Assembly: GCA_002840985.1 (NCBI GenBank)
Contig: PHDM01000001.1
Coordinates: 5,412 to 69,411, forward strand
Source: Bacteroidetes bacterium HGW-Bacteroidetes-17
GTDB lineage: Bacteria; Bacteroidota; Bacteroidia; Bacteroidales; GCA-2711565
Length of the DNA: 64,000 nt
Direction of reading: 5' to 3'
The notes under the pieces: generated by a model
Told to the model about the DNA's origin: nothing
Databases searched by the model: none
The model's input: the letters and a program-made list of their open reading frames with translations, nothing else
Shown here: one piece after another, positions 9,554 to 20,270 of the stretch
Numbering within the stretch: position 1 is the stretch's first letter
How the letters are laid out: every line of letters begins with the position of its first letter
Program-made: the position numbers and the translations under genes

Positions 9554-11638
9554 TTAATAGGTAACCAACCCTGCTTGTTTTAAGATTTCAAGGTAATTCA
9601 AAACATCTTCTAAATCTGTATTAGTGGGATATTGAACATCAATCATTTTTTTAATCTCTAAGGCGTTACGCTTTCCATTGCAAAGCAGATTTAGTTCACC
9701 GGAAGTTCTCATCAATGAAGGATAGGGATATTTATCCTTAATTTCTTTTGATAATTCACTGATAAATTTACCATAACCACGGTATCCATTTTCACTAACT
9801 CTTGAAGTTGGAACCGGAATTATTTTACTGGCATTTATTTCCAATGCTGTAGGTTTAAATTTTATCGGTGACAGTGAAATTTGAGTACTTCGCATCTTCA
9901 TTTGTTCTTCAGCTGCTTTTAAATTACTTGAATAAATTTGATTTAACGATTGAAGTTGCGCATTCAAATATTTGTTCATCGTAGCTTTATCAACAAATAA
10001 TTCGAAAACACTTTCAAGTGTTTCTTTTTCATTTTGATAGACGGCATCAATATTATAGATTCCATTTTTATAAACTTCTGCAAAATCGGATTTTGTCGCA
10101 TTGGCAACCTGAACCGAACTGATGGTTAATTGATGACCCATGCGTTGCATGGCATTTCCCTGTATTTCGGTGGCAATTTTCATGGCCGTTTCGTCATTAG
10201 CTGAAGCAATGGTATAAGCTGTGGCTGCACCTAAAAAAACAACCCTTTTTAATTGTGTCGGATCGCAAGCCTGTGGCCTGTCGTTGGAAGTATGATAAAA
10301 AGGATCGGGCCAGGTAATGATCATGATTCCGGGCACCCTTACCGACCAATCATTAAATACCGAATGATCGGATGCACCATTATTGGCCTCAATATTATAA
10401 TAAAATGGTTCTTCCGAACCTGTTGGAGCAACTATCGGTTTAAGGAAAAGATCGCGCGATACGGGAGTTAACCGGGCATGATTATTCTCTCCAACATAAC
10501 GAAAATAGCAGGCCATCACATCATTGATATAGTGGGGATTTCCCATAGTTGTTCTATGAAGGTTGAATGCAGATAAATTCTCGGCAATTTTCAGTCCGAC
10601 CATGTCCATATTGATGTTGCACAGGGTTCGTTTCATAATGTCCATATGCGCATTTACCCATGGGATGGTGCCTGAAAATTCAGGTACCCATATAAAACGG
10701 ATATTTCGTTTGGGCCGCTCCAATCGGTTCTCATCGTAAAGTGTTTTTAAAACCCTTACCACGTCCAATAATGAAGCACTTCCAGAAATATTGTCGTTTG
10801 CTCCCTGTTTCACATAACCTTCAAAAATATGAGCGCTAAAAATGATTTCTTCTCCGTCAGGTTCTGTTCCTTCGATTACACAGGTCGGGACCTGTAAGTC
10901 CAGTTCAACAGTTGTCGCTTCTACTTCAGCATGAACCTCTATCTTTTCGCCTCTTAACAATCGATCGCGTAAAACCCAACCATCGCGAGCTGTCACCCTG
11001 AAGGCAAACCCTTTATTCGCGTTTTCACCGCGAACTCTCATTCCACTGGTTGGAATTTGTAGCGGATCAATTAATGCCCGATCGTTTTCATAAGTCACAG
11101 CTCCCAATGCACCTTTTTCTAGCATCGCACTCAAATTGCCAAGACTACCGGAAGTAAAACAAATTTTACCTTTAATATCGCTCATTTCAAGCTCAGCTTT
11201 TGTCCCTTCTCCAACCCAAACCAATTCGGCTGTTACATCTGCATTATTACTGCCTGATGCCAGAAATAAAGGCAAATCATCGTAATCAACAATTTTTTGG
11301 AGCTTAGGGCTGATTTCCCATAATTTCCCTTTCAAACCCTTCCAGGTGCTTGTTTTTCCGAATCGTTCGATATGGGCATTTTCTACACCAAATCCTTTTA
11401 AAACTGAAATTACATAATTTGATTCCATCAAAGTTGTTGCATATTCATCCAATGGACGTGGCCGGTTGTATGCTGCCATCTCTAAAATATGTTTAAATGC
11501 CTGTTCACCGGAGGCTTCGCCAATAATTTCATCAAGTTGTTTTTCAGGGATTAACCCATACTGGCTATAATAATTCCATTGTGAGAACAGAGTAATACTC
11601 ATAAAGGATAACGAGATAAAAAGGAGCAATTTTTTCAT
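9554..11638 (-). CDS. Secreted M28-like peptidase with PA-type insert
   Basis: Signal peptide MKKLLLFISLSFMSITLFSQ (ATG at 11638 preferred over the listed TTG at 11662). Metal-ligand-like blocks GANDNISGSASLLDVVRVL, FIWVPEFSG, NINMDMVG and GASDHSVF. Confidence 0.6.
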   Translation of the reverse strand: MKKLLLFISLSFMSITLFSQWNYYSQYGLIPEKQLDEIIGEASGEQAFKHILEMAAYNRPRPLDEYATTLMESNYVISVLKGFGVENAHIERFGKTSTWKGLKGKLWEISPKLQKIVDYDDLPLFLASGSNNADVTAELVWVGEGTKAELEMSDIKGKICFTSGSLGNLSAMLEKGALGAVTYENDRALIDPLQIPTSGMRVRGENANKGFAFRVTARDGWVLRDRLLRGEKIEVHAEVEATTVELDLQVPTCVIEGTEPDGEEIIFSAHIFEGYVKQGANDNISGSASLLDVVRVLKTLYDENRLERPKRNIRFIWVPEFSGTIPWVNAHMDIMKRTLCNINMDMVGLKIAENLSAFNLHRTTMGNPHYINDVMACYFRYVGENNHARLTPVSRDLFLKPIVAPTGSEEPFYYNIEANNGASDHSVFNDWSVRVPGIMIITWPDPFYHTSNDRPQACDPTQLKRVVFLGAATAYTIASANDETAMKIATEIQGNAMQRMGHQLTISSVQVANATKSDFAEVYKNGIYNIDAVYQNEKETLESVFELFVDKATMNKYLNAQLQSLNQIYSSNLKAAEEQMKMRSTQISLSPIKFKPTALEINASKIIPVPTSRVSENGYRGYGKFISELSKEIKDKYPYPSLMRTSGELNLLCNGKRNALEIKKMIDVQYPTNTDLEDVLNYLEILKQAGLVTY

Positions 11639-11845
11639 TTTTATAGAGTTAAATAAGTTCAAAGAATGTAAAATAAATCATTTAGTGGGTGAATTTAGAT
11701 ATCCAAATTAAAACTAATTGAGTGAATAAAAAAAGTAGAGGTAAACATTTATACCAATACTTCATATTTCAGGATGAAAGTGTATGGCAACAGGGTTCTT
11801 TTACTTAAAAATAATTTATTTACATTTGAAAAGAAAAGTAGGGGG

Positions 11846-11975
11846 ATCAGTGATGAAATAAAGAAAATTCTTAAAATTGAGAACCGAATTTTCATTATTT
11901 CACCCCTCTGTCAGTCATTCGACTGACATCCCTGCCTGACGGCGAGGCAGGTCCCCTGATTTTCAGAGGAGAGTA
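11846..11975. repeat. Intergenic repeat, copy 1 (CCCCTCTG...CATCCCTGCCTG.CGGC..GCAGGTCCCCT family)
   Basis: AATAAAGAAAATTCTTAAAATTGA..CGAATTTTC..CACCCCTCTG..CATCCCTGCCTGACGGCGAGGCAGGTCCCCTG matches the reverse complement of 26557-26722. Confidence 0.75.
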
Positions 11976-12057
11976 TTAGGAACCCTCGAGGCAAGCCACG
12001 AGGAATTGTTTGATTAAATGACTAATAACTTTATAAATAATAAGCAAAATTGAAAGC

Positions 12058-12801
12058 ATGAAAAGGCTCTTTTTTTTAATCATCATTTTCTTTTGTCTTT
12101 ATTTTATCAGCCTGCAAGCACAAAATTTGGAGGAGATATTGAAGTCGCATTCAAAAGTCATGGGTTTTGAAAAATTAAAGGGGATAGAAACCATTACGAT
12201 TATCGGCGAAAATTATTTGGGCACTCAAAAAATTCCTTTCAAAACCATCATTAAAAAGCCTTCAAAATATTATCATGAACGTATTTTCATGGGAAATGAA
12301 TGGATACAAGTTTTGGATGAAGATAAGGCCTGGTCCTTGAATCCGATGAATGGGATAAGTGATATTTACGGTTCGCAATTAGCGATACTTAAAAAAAGCA
12401 GGGAGTATGGCGGAATATTGTTTAAGAAGGAAGAAAAGGGCTTATCGGTTATTTTGGATGGAACTGAACTTATTGAGGAAAAGAAGGTTTTTAAATTAAA
12501 AGTTACGGATCAGGATACTTTGATAACAGATGTTTTAATGGATGCTAAATCGTTTTACATCATTAAACAATCAACCAAACGTGTGTTTCAAGGCGATACA
12601 ATTACAGCTACAATCTTATTCAGCAATTATCGGGTAATTGACGGCATTGCAGTTGCCTTTAAAACGGAAACGATTTCGGATAAACTCATAGACGAGGATG
12701 AAAGCCGTAAATTGGGTGGTGGAGTGATGGAAATTAAATCTATTGAGTTTAATAAACCGATAGATGAGTCCATTTTTATTAAACCTAAAAAAAAATGGTA
12801 G
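12058..12801 (+). CDS. Secreted LolA-like / outer-membrane lipoprotein-sorting-like protein
   Basis: Signal peptide MKRLFFLIIIFFCLYFISLQAQ. Beta-rich 247-aa protein whose pattern resembles the LolA-fold 'lipoprotein-sorting protein' family. Weak assignment. Confidence 0.45.
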   Translation: MKRLFFLIIIFFCLYFISLQAQNLEEILKSHSKVMGFEKLKGIETITIIGENYLGTQKIPFKTIIKKPSKYYHERIFMGNEWIQVLDEDKAWSLNPMNGISDIYGSQLAILKKSREYGGILFKKEEKGLSVILDGTELIEEKKVFKLKVTDQDTLITDVLMDAKSFYIIKQSTKRVFQGDTITATILFSNYRVIDGIAVAFKTETISDKLIDEDESRKLGGGVMEIKSIEFNKPIDESIFIKPKKKW

Positions 12802-12831
12802 CAGTGGTGCGCTTTCTAAATGTTAGGATTT

Positions 12832-15093
12832 CTATAATTTTTTTAGGATTTTTTCCATCTTGTCACAAACTTCATCCACGTTTTTTTTGTTAAAACAGAG
12901 TGGGGGTTTCGTCTTGATTACATTGTCGAAAGGCCCGTCGGTACTGGTTAATACAAAGCCTTCTTTTAATTCTTCCTTGATTGTTCGAGCCAGCAAAGTA
13001 TCCGGCGATAAATCTGTGGGATGAACAATTTCAACACCTAAAAACAATCCTGCACCTCGAACATCTCCGATAACGGGGTAGCCATTTTTAAGTTCATTGA
13101 GCCTGGATTTGTAGTAATTGCCTGTTTCTAATGCTTCTTTTTGGAGTCCTTCTTCTTCAACAACTTCTAAAACAGCTTTGGCTGCTTTCATTGAAACCGG
13201 ATTTCCACCAAACGAACTGAAAAATTCCATCCCGTTGGCGAAAGCATCGGCTATTTCTGTTGTTGTGACAACAGCTCCCACAGGATGGCCATTGGCCATG
13301 GGTTTTCCCATTACAACAATGTCAGGGATAATTCCGTGATATTCAAATCCCCAGAAATGTGTTCCCAACCTCCCAAATCCTGTTTGTACTTCATCGGTAA
13401 TCGTCAAAATTTCTTCTGATTTCAAATAGTCCTTCATCGATTTTAAGTATCCGGGAGCCAACGGAACCTGGCCTCCACATCCTGAAATAGGTTCGTTTAT
13501 AAAATAGGCTGGTCTTTGTGCCGATGCGATGAGTTCTTCAATACGTTTTTTCGCATCTTCAAAATATTCATTGCCATTGTTAAACAGGCCATTAAATGCA
13601 TTTGGTAAGGGCAATTTATGAACGTAAGGATTACTTCCTTTTCCTCCGGGACCATCAAATTTATAAGCGCTATTTTCAATAGCCGATCGCGTGTGACCAT
13701 GATACCCGTGCTCTAAAACAAGCGAATGAATCCTTTCCGTATAAGTTTGGGCCAGTCGGATGGCTAAATCAGAAGCAGCACTTCCAGAGTTTACAAAAAA
13801 CACTTTATTTAATGGTTCAGGAAAATAGGAGAGGAGATGCTCGGCATAATCCATCAACGGATCATAAAGGTAACGGGTATTCGTATTCAATTTACGCTGT
13901 TGTTTGGCAATAGCTTCGTTAATTTTTGGATGATTGTGCCCAACCAACGGGATATTATTGTATGCATCCAGATAACTGTTTCCATGTGCATCATACATAT
14001 ACTGAAAGGCAGCTTGCTGCATGTAAATCGGCTTTTCATAACTCAAAGAAAGTGACTTCCCGAAATATTTTCGCCTACTGGTAAGCAGTTCTTCTCTAAG
14101 CTTTTCAGTATTTGGAATGGCAAAGCCACATGCTTTAAGAAAGGTGTTTTTTAGCATTTGAGGATTGTAAGTGACCCATTTTTCCAGTAAATCCAGTGCC
14201 GGTTTTTCACTAATTAAAATATAGGAAGTATCCTTTGCTTTTGACTTTGCATCTGCTGAATGACAAAGACTGGCACCTAATCGGGAAGCTATCAAATACG
14301 GTAGTAATTCCAATTCTTCCTTAAACAAGGGAAATGTTTCATGATATCCTTTCAATAAAAGTTTTGCAGATTCAAGCGGTTCAGCTTTATTAAACATCAC
14401 ATAGGTTAGTGCAATGGCAACTTCATTGATGAGCGGGGAATGGGCCATGTCACCAAAATCGATAAAACCCGAGATATCTTCCTCTTTTGTCAAAACATTC
14501 CAATCGTTCAAATCACCATGGATAATCTGAGATCTTAGTTCAGGTAAATGTGGTAGGACCTCATCCCGGAATTGCTGGAAATAATAATCAACCCATTTTT
14601 TATGAACGTGATTTTGGATCAGTTTTGCTTTTGGCCAATTAAGCAGGCAATGTTGAAGGTCCCAATGAATTTTACGAACTGCAATTGTATCACTTTGAAA
14701 ATTTGATAATTCCTTGTCCATCTGGGCAATCCGTTTACCAAACTGATATAGTAATTTCTTCGTTTGATCGGTTTCGGCCAGAAATTCTCCTTCAATATAA
14801 TTTAATAATCTTGAAAATGAACCATCAGGATAATGTGTAATTTCCTTACCATCAATATTTTTAAACGCTACGGAAAAGGAAAAATCTAATTTTTTAGCCA
14901 GATAGCTTACGAGTCTGCTTTCTTCTGAAATAAAGCTGAATTCGGTTTCATCAGGGTAGTACTTAAAAACCATTTTTTTGCCGCCACTCGTAACAATTTC
15001 AAAATTCGTGCTGATATAGCCTTCTAATTTTTTAAAACTAAAATCAGTTAACTGATACGGACGGAGTAATTCTTTTAGATTTATTTCAGTCAT
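12832..15093 (-). CDS. Fusion protein: aminoglycoside-phosphotransferase-type kinase (N) + class III PLP aminotransferase-fold enzyme (C)
   Basis: Kinase blocks IIHGDLNDWNVL and IDFGDMAH. Aminotransferase-fold blocks NSGSAASDLAIRLA, TDEVQTGFGRLG and VVMGKPMANGHP (PLP lysine). Confidence 0.8.
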   Translation of the reverse strand: MTEINLKELLRPYQLTDFSFKKLEGYISTNFEIVTSGGKKMVFKYYPDETEFSFISEESRLVSYLAKKLDFSFSVAFKNIDGKEITHYPDGSFSRLLNYIEGEFLAETDQTKKLLYQFGKRIAQMDKELSNFQSDTIAVRKIHWDLQHCLLNWPKAKLIQNHVHKKWVDYYFQQFRDEVLPHLPELRSQIIHGDLNDWNVLTKEEDISGFIDFGDMAHSPLINEVAIALTYVMFNKAEPLESAKLLLKGYHETFPLFKEELELLPYLIASRLGASLCHSADAKSKAKDTSYILISEKPALDLLEKWVTYNPQMLKNTFLKACGFAIPNTEKLREELLTSRRKYFGKSLSLSYEKPIYMQQAAFQYMYDAHGNSYLDAYNNIPLVGHNHPKINEAIAKQQRKLNTNTRYLYDPLMDYAEHLLSYFPEPLNKVFFVNSGSAASDLAIRLAQTYTERIHSLVLEHGYHGHTRSAIENSAYKFDGPGGKGSNPYVHKLPLPNAFNGLFNNGNEYFEDAKKRIEELIASAQRPAYFINEPISGCGGQVPLAPGYLKSMKDYLKSEEILTITDEVQTGFGRLGTHFWGFEYHGIIPDIVVMGKPMANGHPVGAVVTTTEIADAFANGMEFFSSFGGNPVSMKAAKAVLEVVEEEGLQKEALETGNYYKSRLNELKNGYPVIGDVRGAGLFLGVEIVHPTDLSPDTLLARTIKEELKEGFVLTSTDGPFDNVIKTKPPLCFNKKNVDEVCDKMEKILKKL

Positions 15094-15368
15094 TGATATT
15101 GATAATTAAGAAGATAAAAACTTTATCCAAGGGTATCTTCCCTGATGATTTTTCATCGAAATTACATATTTTTTGTAGAATTGTGCTTGGTTTATAGTTA
15201 TTGTATTTAAGAAATTATTCCTAACTTTCCCGTTACTAAAATCTTATTATTTCTAAACATCCTTGATAAAGTTGAAGACAATAGAACATTGCTTGAAAAC
15301 AATAATTTATAATTATAAAATTCAGTCTAGCATCTTGTTACTTATATCCTGGATCTAAAAATTTAATT

Positions 15369-18300
15369 ATGAAAACCTTGAAACTAAACATTTTAATTTC
15401 TTTGCTGGCCATCATGACCATTATTCCTGTTAGTCAGGCACAGCAAAGCAAAAAGGATAAAAAACAGGATAAAGAGCAAACCGATGTCTTAAAAGACTTT
15501 TCGTTCAATGCTTTTAAATTCAGAAGTATTGGGCCTGCACTCACTTCCGGAAGACTTTCTGATTTAGCAGTCAATCCTGAAGATAACAGTGAATTTTATG
15601 TTGCAGCAGCTGCAGGTGGAGTGTGGAAAACCACAAATAGGGGAATTACTTTCACACCGGTATTTGATGATCAGGGTTCTTATTCTATCGGCTGTCTTGC
15701 CATGGACCCGAATAATCACAATGTAGTTTGGGTTGGAACCGGGGAAAATAATAATCAACGCAGTTTATCCTATGGCGATGGGCTATATAAAACCATTGAT
15801 GGAGGAGCCAGTTGGGAAAAAGTGGGTTTGGAAAAATCTGAGCATATTGGAATGATTGCCATTGACCCCAATAATTCTGACATCGTTTATGTTGCAGCTT
15901 ATGGACCGGTTTGGAGTGCCGGTGGCGATCGAGGCATCTATAAAACAATTGATGGTGGAAAAACATGGCAAAAGGTTTTGGAAGTGAGCGAATACACCGG
16001 ATTTAATGAAGTACACATGGATCCTAGAGATTCTAAAGTGCTTTACGCAACTGCTCACCAACGTCAGCGCCGACAATGGACATACCTGGGAGGAGGTCCT
16101 GAATCCGGAATTTATAAATCAAGCGATGCAGGTAAAAGCTGGATTAAGATCAATAAAGGATTGCCAAGTGGTGACAAAGGTAGAATTGGAATGGACATTT
16201 CACCTGCCGATCCGGAAATATTATATGCCGTGGTTGAAGCCAAAGAAGGTCAATCCGGATTTTTTAAAAGTACCAATCGGGGAGCTTCATGGGAAAAAAT
16301 GAGCAATACGGTTACCAGTGGAAACTATTATCAGGAAGTGATTGCAGATCCGGTAAACCCAAACCGTGTTTATTTGATGAATGTTTTCACATTGATTTCT
16401 GATGATGGAGGTAAAACATTTAGGACCCGTGGCGAGAAAAGTAAACATTGGGATAACCATGCTTTATGGATCGACCCAAAAAACCCACTTCATACTCTTG
16501 AAGGTGGAGATGGTGGTCTTTATGAATCATTTGATGACGGGCAAAATTGGAGATTTTTCACAAATTTACCTGTAACTCAATTCTATAAGGTCCATGTCGA
16601 TAATGCCCTGCCATTTTATAATGTAATGGGAGGAACCCAGGATAATTATAGCTTATTGGGACCTTCTCAAAATATTAGTGCCCATGGAATCGTAACGTCC
16701 GATTGGATTGTAACCTCAACCGGTGATGGATTCGAATCAGGAGCGGACCCGGTAGATCCAAATATCGTTTATACTCAATCTCAACATGGAAATCTTGATC
16801 GCTTTGATAAGAGAAGTGGTGAATCGGTTTCAATTCAGCCAAAACCGGGCAAAGGCGAAGCAGAATATAACTGGAATTGGGATGCACCATTATTGGTCAG
16901 TCCACACGGAATAACCATTTATTTTGCTGCCAATAAACTTTTTAAAAGCACAGATCGGGGTGATTCCTGGGAAGTGATCAGCGGAGAACTTGATCGGAAT
17001 ATTGACCGTAATCTATGGCCGGTAATGGGTAAGATTTGGCCCATGGATGCCATTGCAAAAAATGGTTCTACATCCCGATATGGTGCCTGTATATCACTGG
17101 ATGAATCCAGGTTAAAAGCAGGATTGCTTTATGCCGGAACTGATGACGGACAAATCAATATTACCGAAGATGATGGTAAAAGCTGGAGACAAATTAATCA
17201 ATTTCCAGGAGTACCTGAATATACCTATGTTTACGATCTTCTTGCTTCCAAGCATGATGTAAATACCGTATTTGCTGCCTTTAATAACCATAAAGCGGGC
17301 GACTTCAAACCTTATATTTATAAAAGTACAGATCAGGGCAGGACATGGGTAAACATTTCAGCTAATCTTCCTGAAAAAGGTGCTGTTTATGCATTGGAAC
17401 AAGACCATGTTAATGCTGATATTTTATTTGCCGGTACAGAGTATGGCGTATTCGTGACGCTGGATGGCGGACAAAACTGGAAGGCATTGAAAGCAGGTAT
17501 TCCAACTGCCAATGTCAGGGATATGATGATTCAGGAACGCGAGAACGATTTAGTAGTGGCAACATTTGGAAGAGGTTTTTACATCCTGGATAACTATGCA
17601 CCATTACGCGAATTAAGCCAGGAACTGGCAAGCAGAGACGGACATTTGTTTGCAGTTAAAGATGCTTTGATGTTTAATACCTGGAAACCTTTAGGTGGTT
17701 TGGGAAGTGAAGAAAAAGGATTTCAGGGGGAAGACTATTTCAGTGCTCCAAATCCTGAAAAAGGAGCCATTTTTACTTATTGGGTAAAAGAAGATGTCAT
17801 TAGCTTGAAAGCAGAGCGAAACAAACGCGAAGCCAAAGCATTCAAGGATAATGAGAATATCCCTTATCCAAGCATGGAAGAATTCAAGGCAGAAGGCAAG
17901 GAGTTTCCATCATACTTAATTTTCACCATAACTGATGAGGAAGGAAATTTCGTAAGGGAATTAAGAAGCTCGGTTAAAAAAGGATTAAACAAAATGGTTT
18001 GGGATATGCAATATCCTGCCATGAATACAGTTGATGCAAGCGATGCTGCACAAACAAAGGGCTTGGAATCATCAGGTATTTTTGTTCTACCCGGAACTTA
18101 TAAAGTAAGCCTGGCAAAGAATATAAAAGGCGAAATAGCCCAACTTGCCGGTCCCATTTCTTTTAAAATTAATGAATTAAATAACAGGACGCTTCCTGCA
18201 AAGGACTACAAAGAAATGACAGTCTTTAAGCAAAAATCAGTGAAATTGGTTGAAGCGCTCGGAGCGACTTCTACAGTGATCAGGGAATTGAATGACCGGA

Positions 18301-18677
18301 TTGCACCTTATAAAGCTGCAACCAAAGCATTTTCCGGTGAAAAAGCGGTTCAACTTTTAAAAGAAGTTATCGGGCTTGAGGATAAACTCGAAGCAGTTCG
18401 CATAAAATTGAATGGTGACAGAACCTATGGAGAGCTTGATTTGGATGCACCTTACGCTTTAAACAGAAGAGCCGGAAGTGCTATTTACGATATCTATGGT
18501 TCTACATCGAACGTGCCCGGTTCATCGAAACGCAGTTATGAGATCGCTGCCGATGAGTTTGCGCCCATTTTGGAAGAAGTGAAAGCCTTAAAAGCTGAAT
18601 TCGAAAAGATGGATCAAAAATTAGGAACCATGAATGCGCCTGTAACCAAAGGCCGATTGCCGAATTGGAAGAAATAA
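15369..18677 (+). CDS. Secreted BNR/Asp-box repeat protein (sortilin/VPS10-like beta-propeller)
   Basis: Signal peptide, then many Asp-box repeats: SxDxGxTW (KTIDGGASWEKV, KTIDGGKTWQKV, SSDAGKSWIKI, STNRGASWEKM, SDDGGKTF, TEDDGKSWRQI, STDQGRTWVNI, TLDGGQNWKAL). Confidence 0.8.
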   Translation: MKTLKLNILISLLAIMTIIPVSQAQQSKKDKKQDKEQTDVLKDFSFNAFKFRSIGPALTSGRLSDLAVNPEDNSEFYVAAAAGGVWKTTNRGITFTPVFDDQGSYSIGCLAMDPNNHNVVWVGTGENNNQRSLSYGDGLYKTIDGGASWEKVGLEKSEHIGMIAIDPNNSDIVYVAAYGPVWSAGGDRGIYKTIDGGKTWQKVLEVSEYTGFNEVHMDPRDSKVLYATAHQRQRRQWTYLGGGPESGIYKSSDAGKSWIKINKGLPSGDKGRIGMDISPADPEILYAVVEAKEGQSGFFKSTNRGASWEKMSNTVTSGNYYQEVIADPVNPNRVYLMNVFTLISDDGGKTFRTRGEKSKHWDNHALWIDPKNPLHTLEGGDGGLYESFDDGQNWRFFTNLPVTQFYKVHVDNALPFYNVMGGTQDNYSLLGPSQNISAHGIVTSDWIVTSTGDGFESGADPVDPNIVYTQSQHGNLDRFDKRSGESVSIQPKPGKGEAEYNWNWDAPLLVSPHGITIYFAANKLFKSTDRGDSWEVISGELDRNIDRNLWPVMGKIWPMDAIAKNGSTSRYGACISLDESRLKAGLLYAGTDDGQINITEDDGKSWRQINQFPGVPEYTYVYDLLASKHDVNTVFAAFNNHKAGDFKPYIYKSTDQGRTWVNISANLPEKGAVYALEQDHVNADILFAGTEYGVFVTLDGGQNWKALKAGIPTANVRDMMIQERENDLVVATFGRGFYILDNYAPLRELSQELASRDGHLFAVKDALMFNTWKPLGGLGSEEKGFQGEDYFSAPNPEKGAIFTYWVKEDVISLKAERNKREAKAFKDNENIPYPSMEEFKAEGKEFPSYLIFTITDEEGNFVRELRSSVKKGLNKMVWDMQYPAMNTVDASDAAQTKGLESSGIFVLPGTYKVSLAKNIKGEIAQLAGPISFKINELNNRTLPAKDYKEMTVFKQKSVKLVEALGATSTVIRELNDRIAPYKAATKAFSGEKAVQLLKEVIGLEDKLEAVRIKLNGDRTYGELDLDAPYALNRRAGSAIYDIYGSTSNVPGSSKRSYEIAADEFAPILEEVKALKAEFEKMDQKLGTMNAPVTKGRLPNWKK

Positions 18678-18703
18678 TCAAATTTGCTTTTGAAAGTGTA
18701 AAT

Positions 18704-18745
18704 AAGGGATGGCATCCAATATGGGACGCCATCCCTTGTTTTTTG
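18704..18745 (+). terminator. Rho-independent terminator
   Basis: AAGGGATGGC (18704-18713) / GCCATCCCTT (18728-18737), followed by GTTTTTT. Confidence 0.8.
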
Positions 18746-18754
18746 GAAAGTAAA

Positions 18755-20236
18755 CTATAAAATTGCCTTTTTTTTCTCAGAAGATTTGAATAAGCCGAAA
18801 TTTGAAATTGCCGGAATATTATTTGCCTCAATGATTTTTAACTTTATCTTCGATACAGAAACAGGGTTAATCCTGATCAATCTCTTATAACCAATGGTTG
18901 TTCCTTCAAAAACGGTTTCCCAACTATTCTGATTGTCAATTTGAACCTCGAATTTACTGATCCGCTGTCCAAATTTAATGGGTTCCTGGATTAAAATACG
19001 GTCAAAATCAGTCTTATCATTTAATTCAATGATTAGTTCTGCTGACTTGATACCATCGTCTGTTGCCCAGTAGGATTCCGGGTCATCATCAATTATATGA
19101 TCAGGAGAAAACATTTCATTATTGAGTCTATAATTATCAGCGTTACATTCAGCATTCGATGCCAAATTTACTTTAAAAGTCTCATCAATAATCTTTTTAA
19201 ATTCCTGAAGAACTTTTACATCATTTGGGTGAATTTCGCCGGTTTTATCAGGGGGGAGGTTGAGCAGAAATACCGCATTTCTGCCAACCGATTTATAGTA
19301 AATATCGACCAGTTCCTGAGGGGTTTTCACCAGAGTATCTTCCGCTTCATGGTAAAACCAGCCGGGCCGGATCGAAACATCGCACTGTCCAATAACCCAA
19401 TGGCTACCTTTTGGTTCACCGATATTCAGATAATTAACGTCGGACGCCCCGATGCTAATTTTGTGCCGATTTATGGTTGACCAAAAAGTTTCACCCGCCG
19501 ATCCATTTTCATTCCCTACCCATCGAATATCCGGTCCACTGTCAGAGAATATTAAAATATTCGGTTGTAATTCTTTCACCAGTTTTATGGTTCCATCCCA
19601 ATAATAATAAGTTTTATTATCAATTTTTCTGGTCTCATTTGCACCGCCGTAAAACCCATCACCGCCATTGGCCCCATCAAACCATATTTCGTTAATTTCA
19701 CCGTATTTTGTAAGTAATTCCTTTAATTGATTTCTGTAATAAGTGATGTAGGTTTGATTTCCATAATCTTTATGATTTCTGTCCCATGGCGAAAGATATA
19801 AGCCAATCTTCAGCTCATGTTTTCTGCAGGCATCAACAAATTCCCTGACTATATCACCGTTGCCATTTTTGTACCGGCTGTTTTTGATACTGTGATCGGT
19901 ATATTGGCTGGGCCATAAACAGAATCCGTCGTGATGTTTTGCCGTTAGGATCAGTTCCTTTATCCCGCAGGATTTAGCGACTTGAACCCATTGATCCACA
20001 TCAAGTTCGGTTGGATTGAATAATTGCTCATCTTCATCGCCATATCCCCACTCTTTATTCGTGAAAGTATTGATCGAAAAATGAATAAACCCGACCATCT
20101 CCATTTGTTGATATAAAATCTGCTGAGTTGATGGAACAACTTTATTCGAACTGATATCAGGGGACCCTTTTTTAGTCGAACAAGCACTTATAAAGGTAAG
20201 TGCAAAAAAGAGTGCAAATATTCTGAATATTGTCAT
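18755..20236 (-). CDS. Alpha-L-fucosidase (GH29) with C-terminal F5/8 type C (discoidin) domain
   Basis: Lipoprotein-like signal (LTFISAC). GH29 block LTAKHHDGFCLWPS and WFDGANGG. C-terminal segment with a discoidin-like pattern. Confidence 0.85.
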   Translation of the reverse strand: MTIFRIFALFFALTFISACSTKKGSPDISSNKVVPSTQQILYQQMEMVGFIHFSINTFTNKEWGYGDEDEQLFNPTELDVDQWVQVAKSCGIKELILTAKHHDGFCLWPSQYTDHSIKNSRYKNGNGDIVREFVDACRKHELKIGLYLSPWDRNHKDYGNQTYITYYRNQLKELLTKYGEINEIWFDGANGGDGFYGGANETRKIDNKTYYYWDGTIKLVKELQPNILIFSDSGPDIRWVGNENGSAGETFWSTINRHKISIGASDVNYLNIGEPKGSHWVIGQCDVSIRPGWFYHEAEDTLVKTPQELVDIYYKSVGRNAVFLLNLPPDKTGEIHPNDVKVLQEFKKIIDETFKVNLASNAECNADNYRLNNEMFSPDHIIDDDPESYWATDDGIKSAELIIELNDKTDFDRILIQEPIKFGQRISKFEVQIDNQNSWETVFEGTTIGYKRLIRINPVSVSKIKLKIIEANNIPAISNFGLFKSSEKKKAIL

Positions 20237-20270
20237 TCCATCTATTTTTCGACCGCTAATTTAAGAACGA

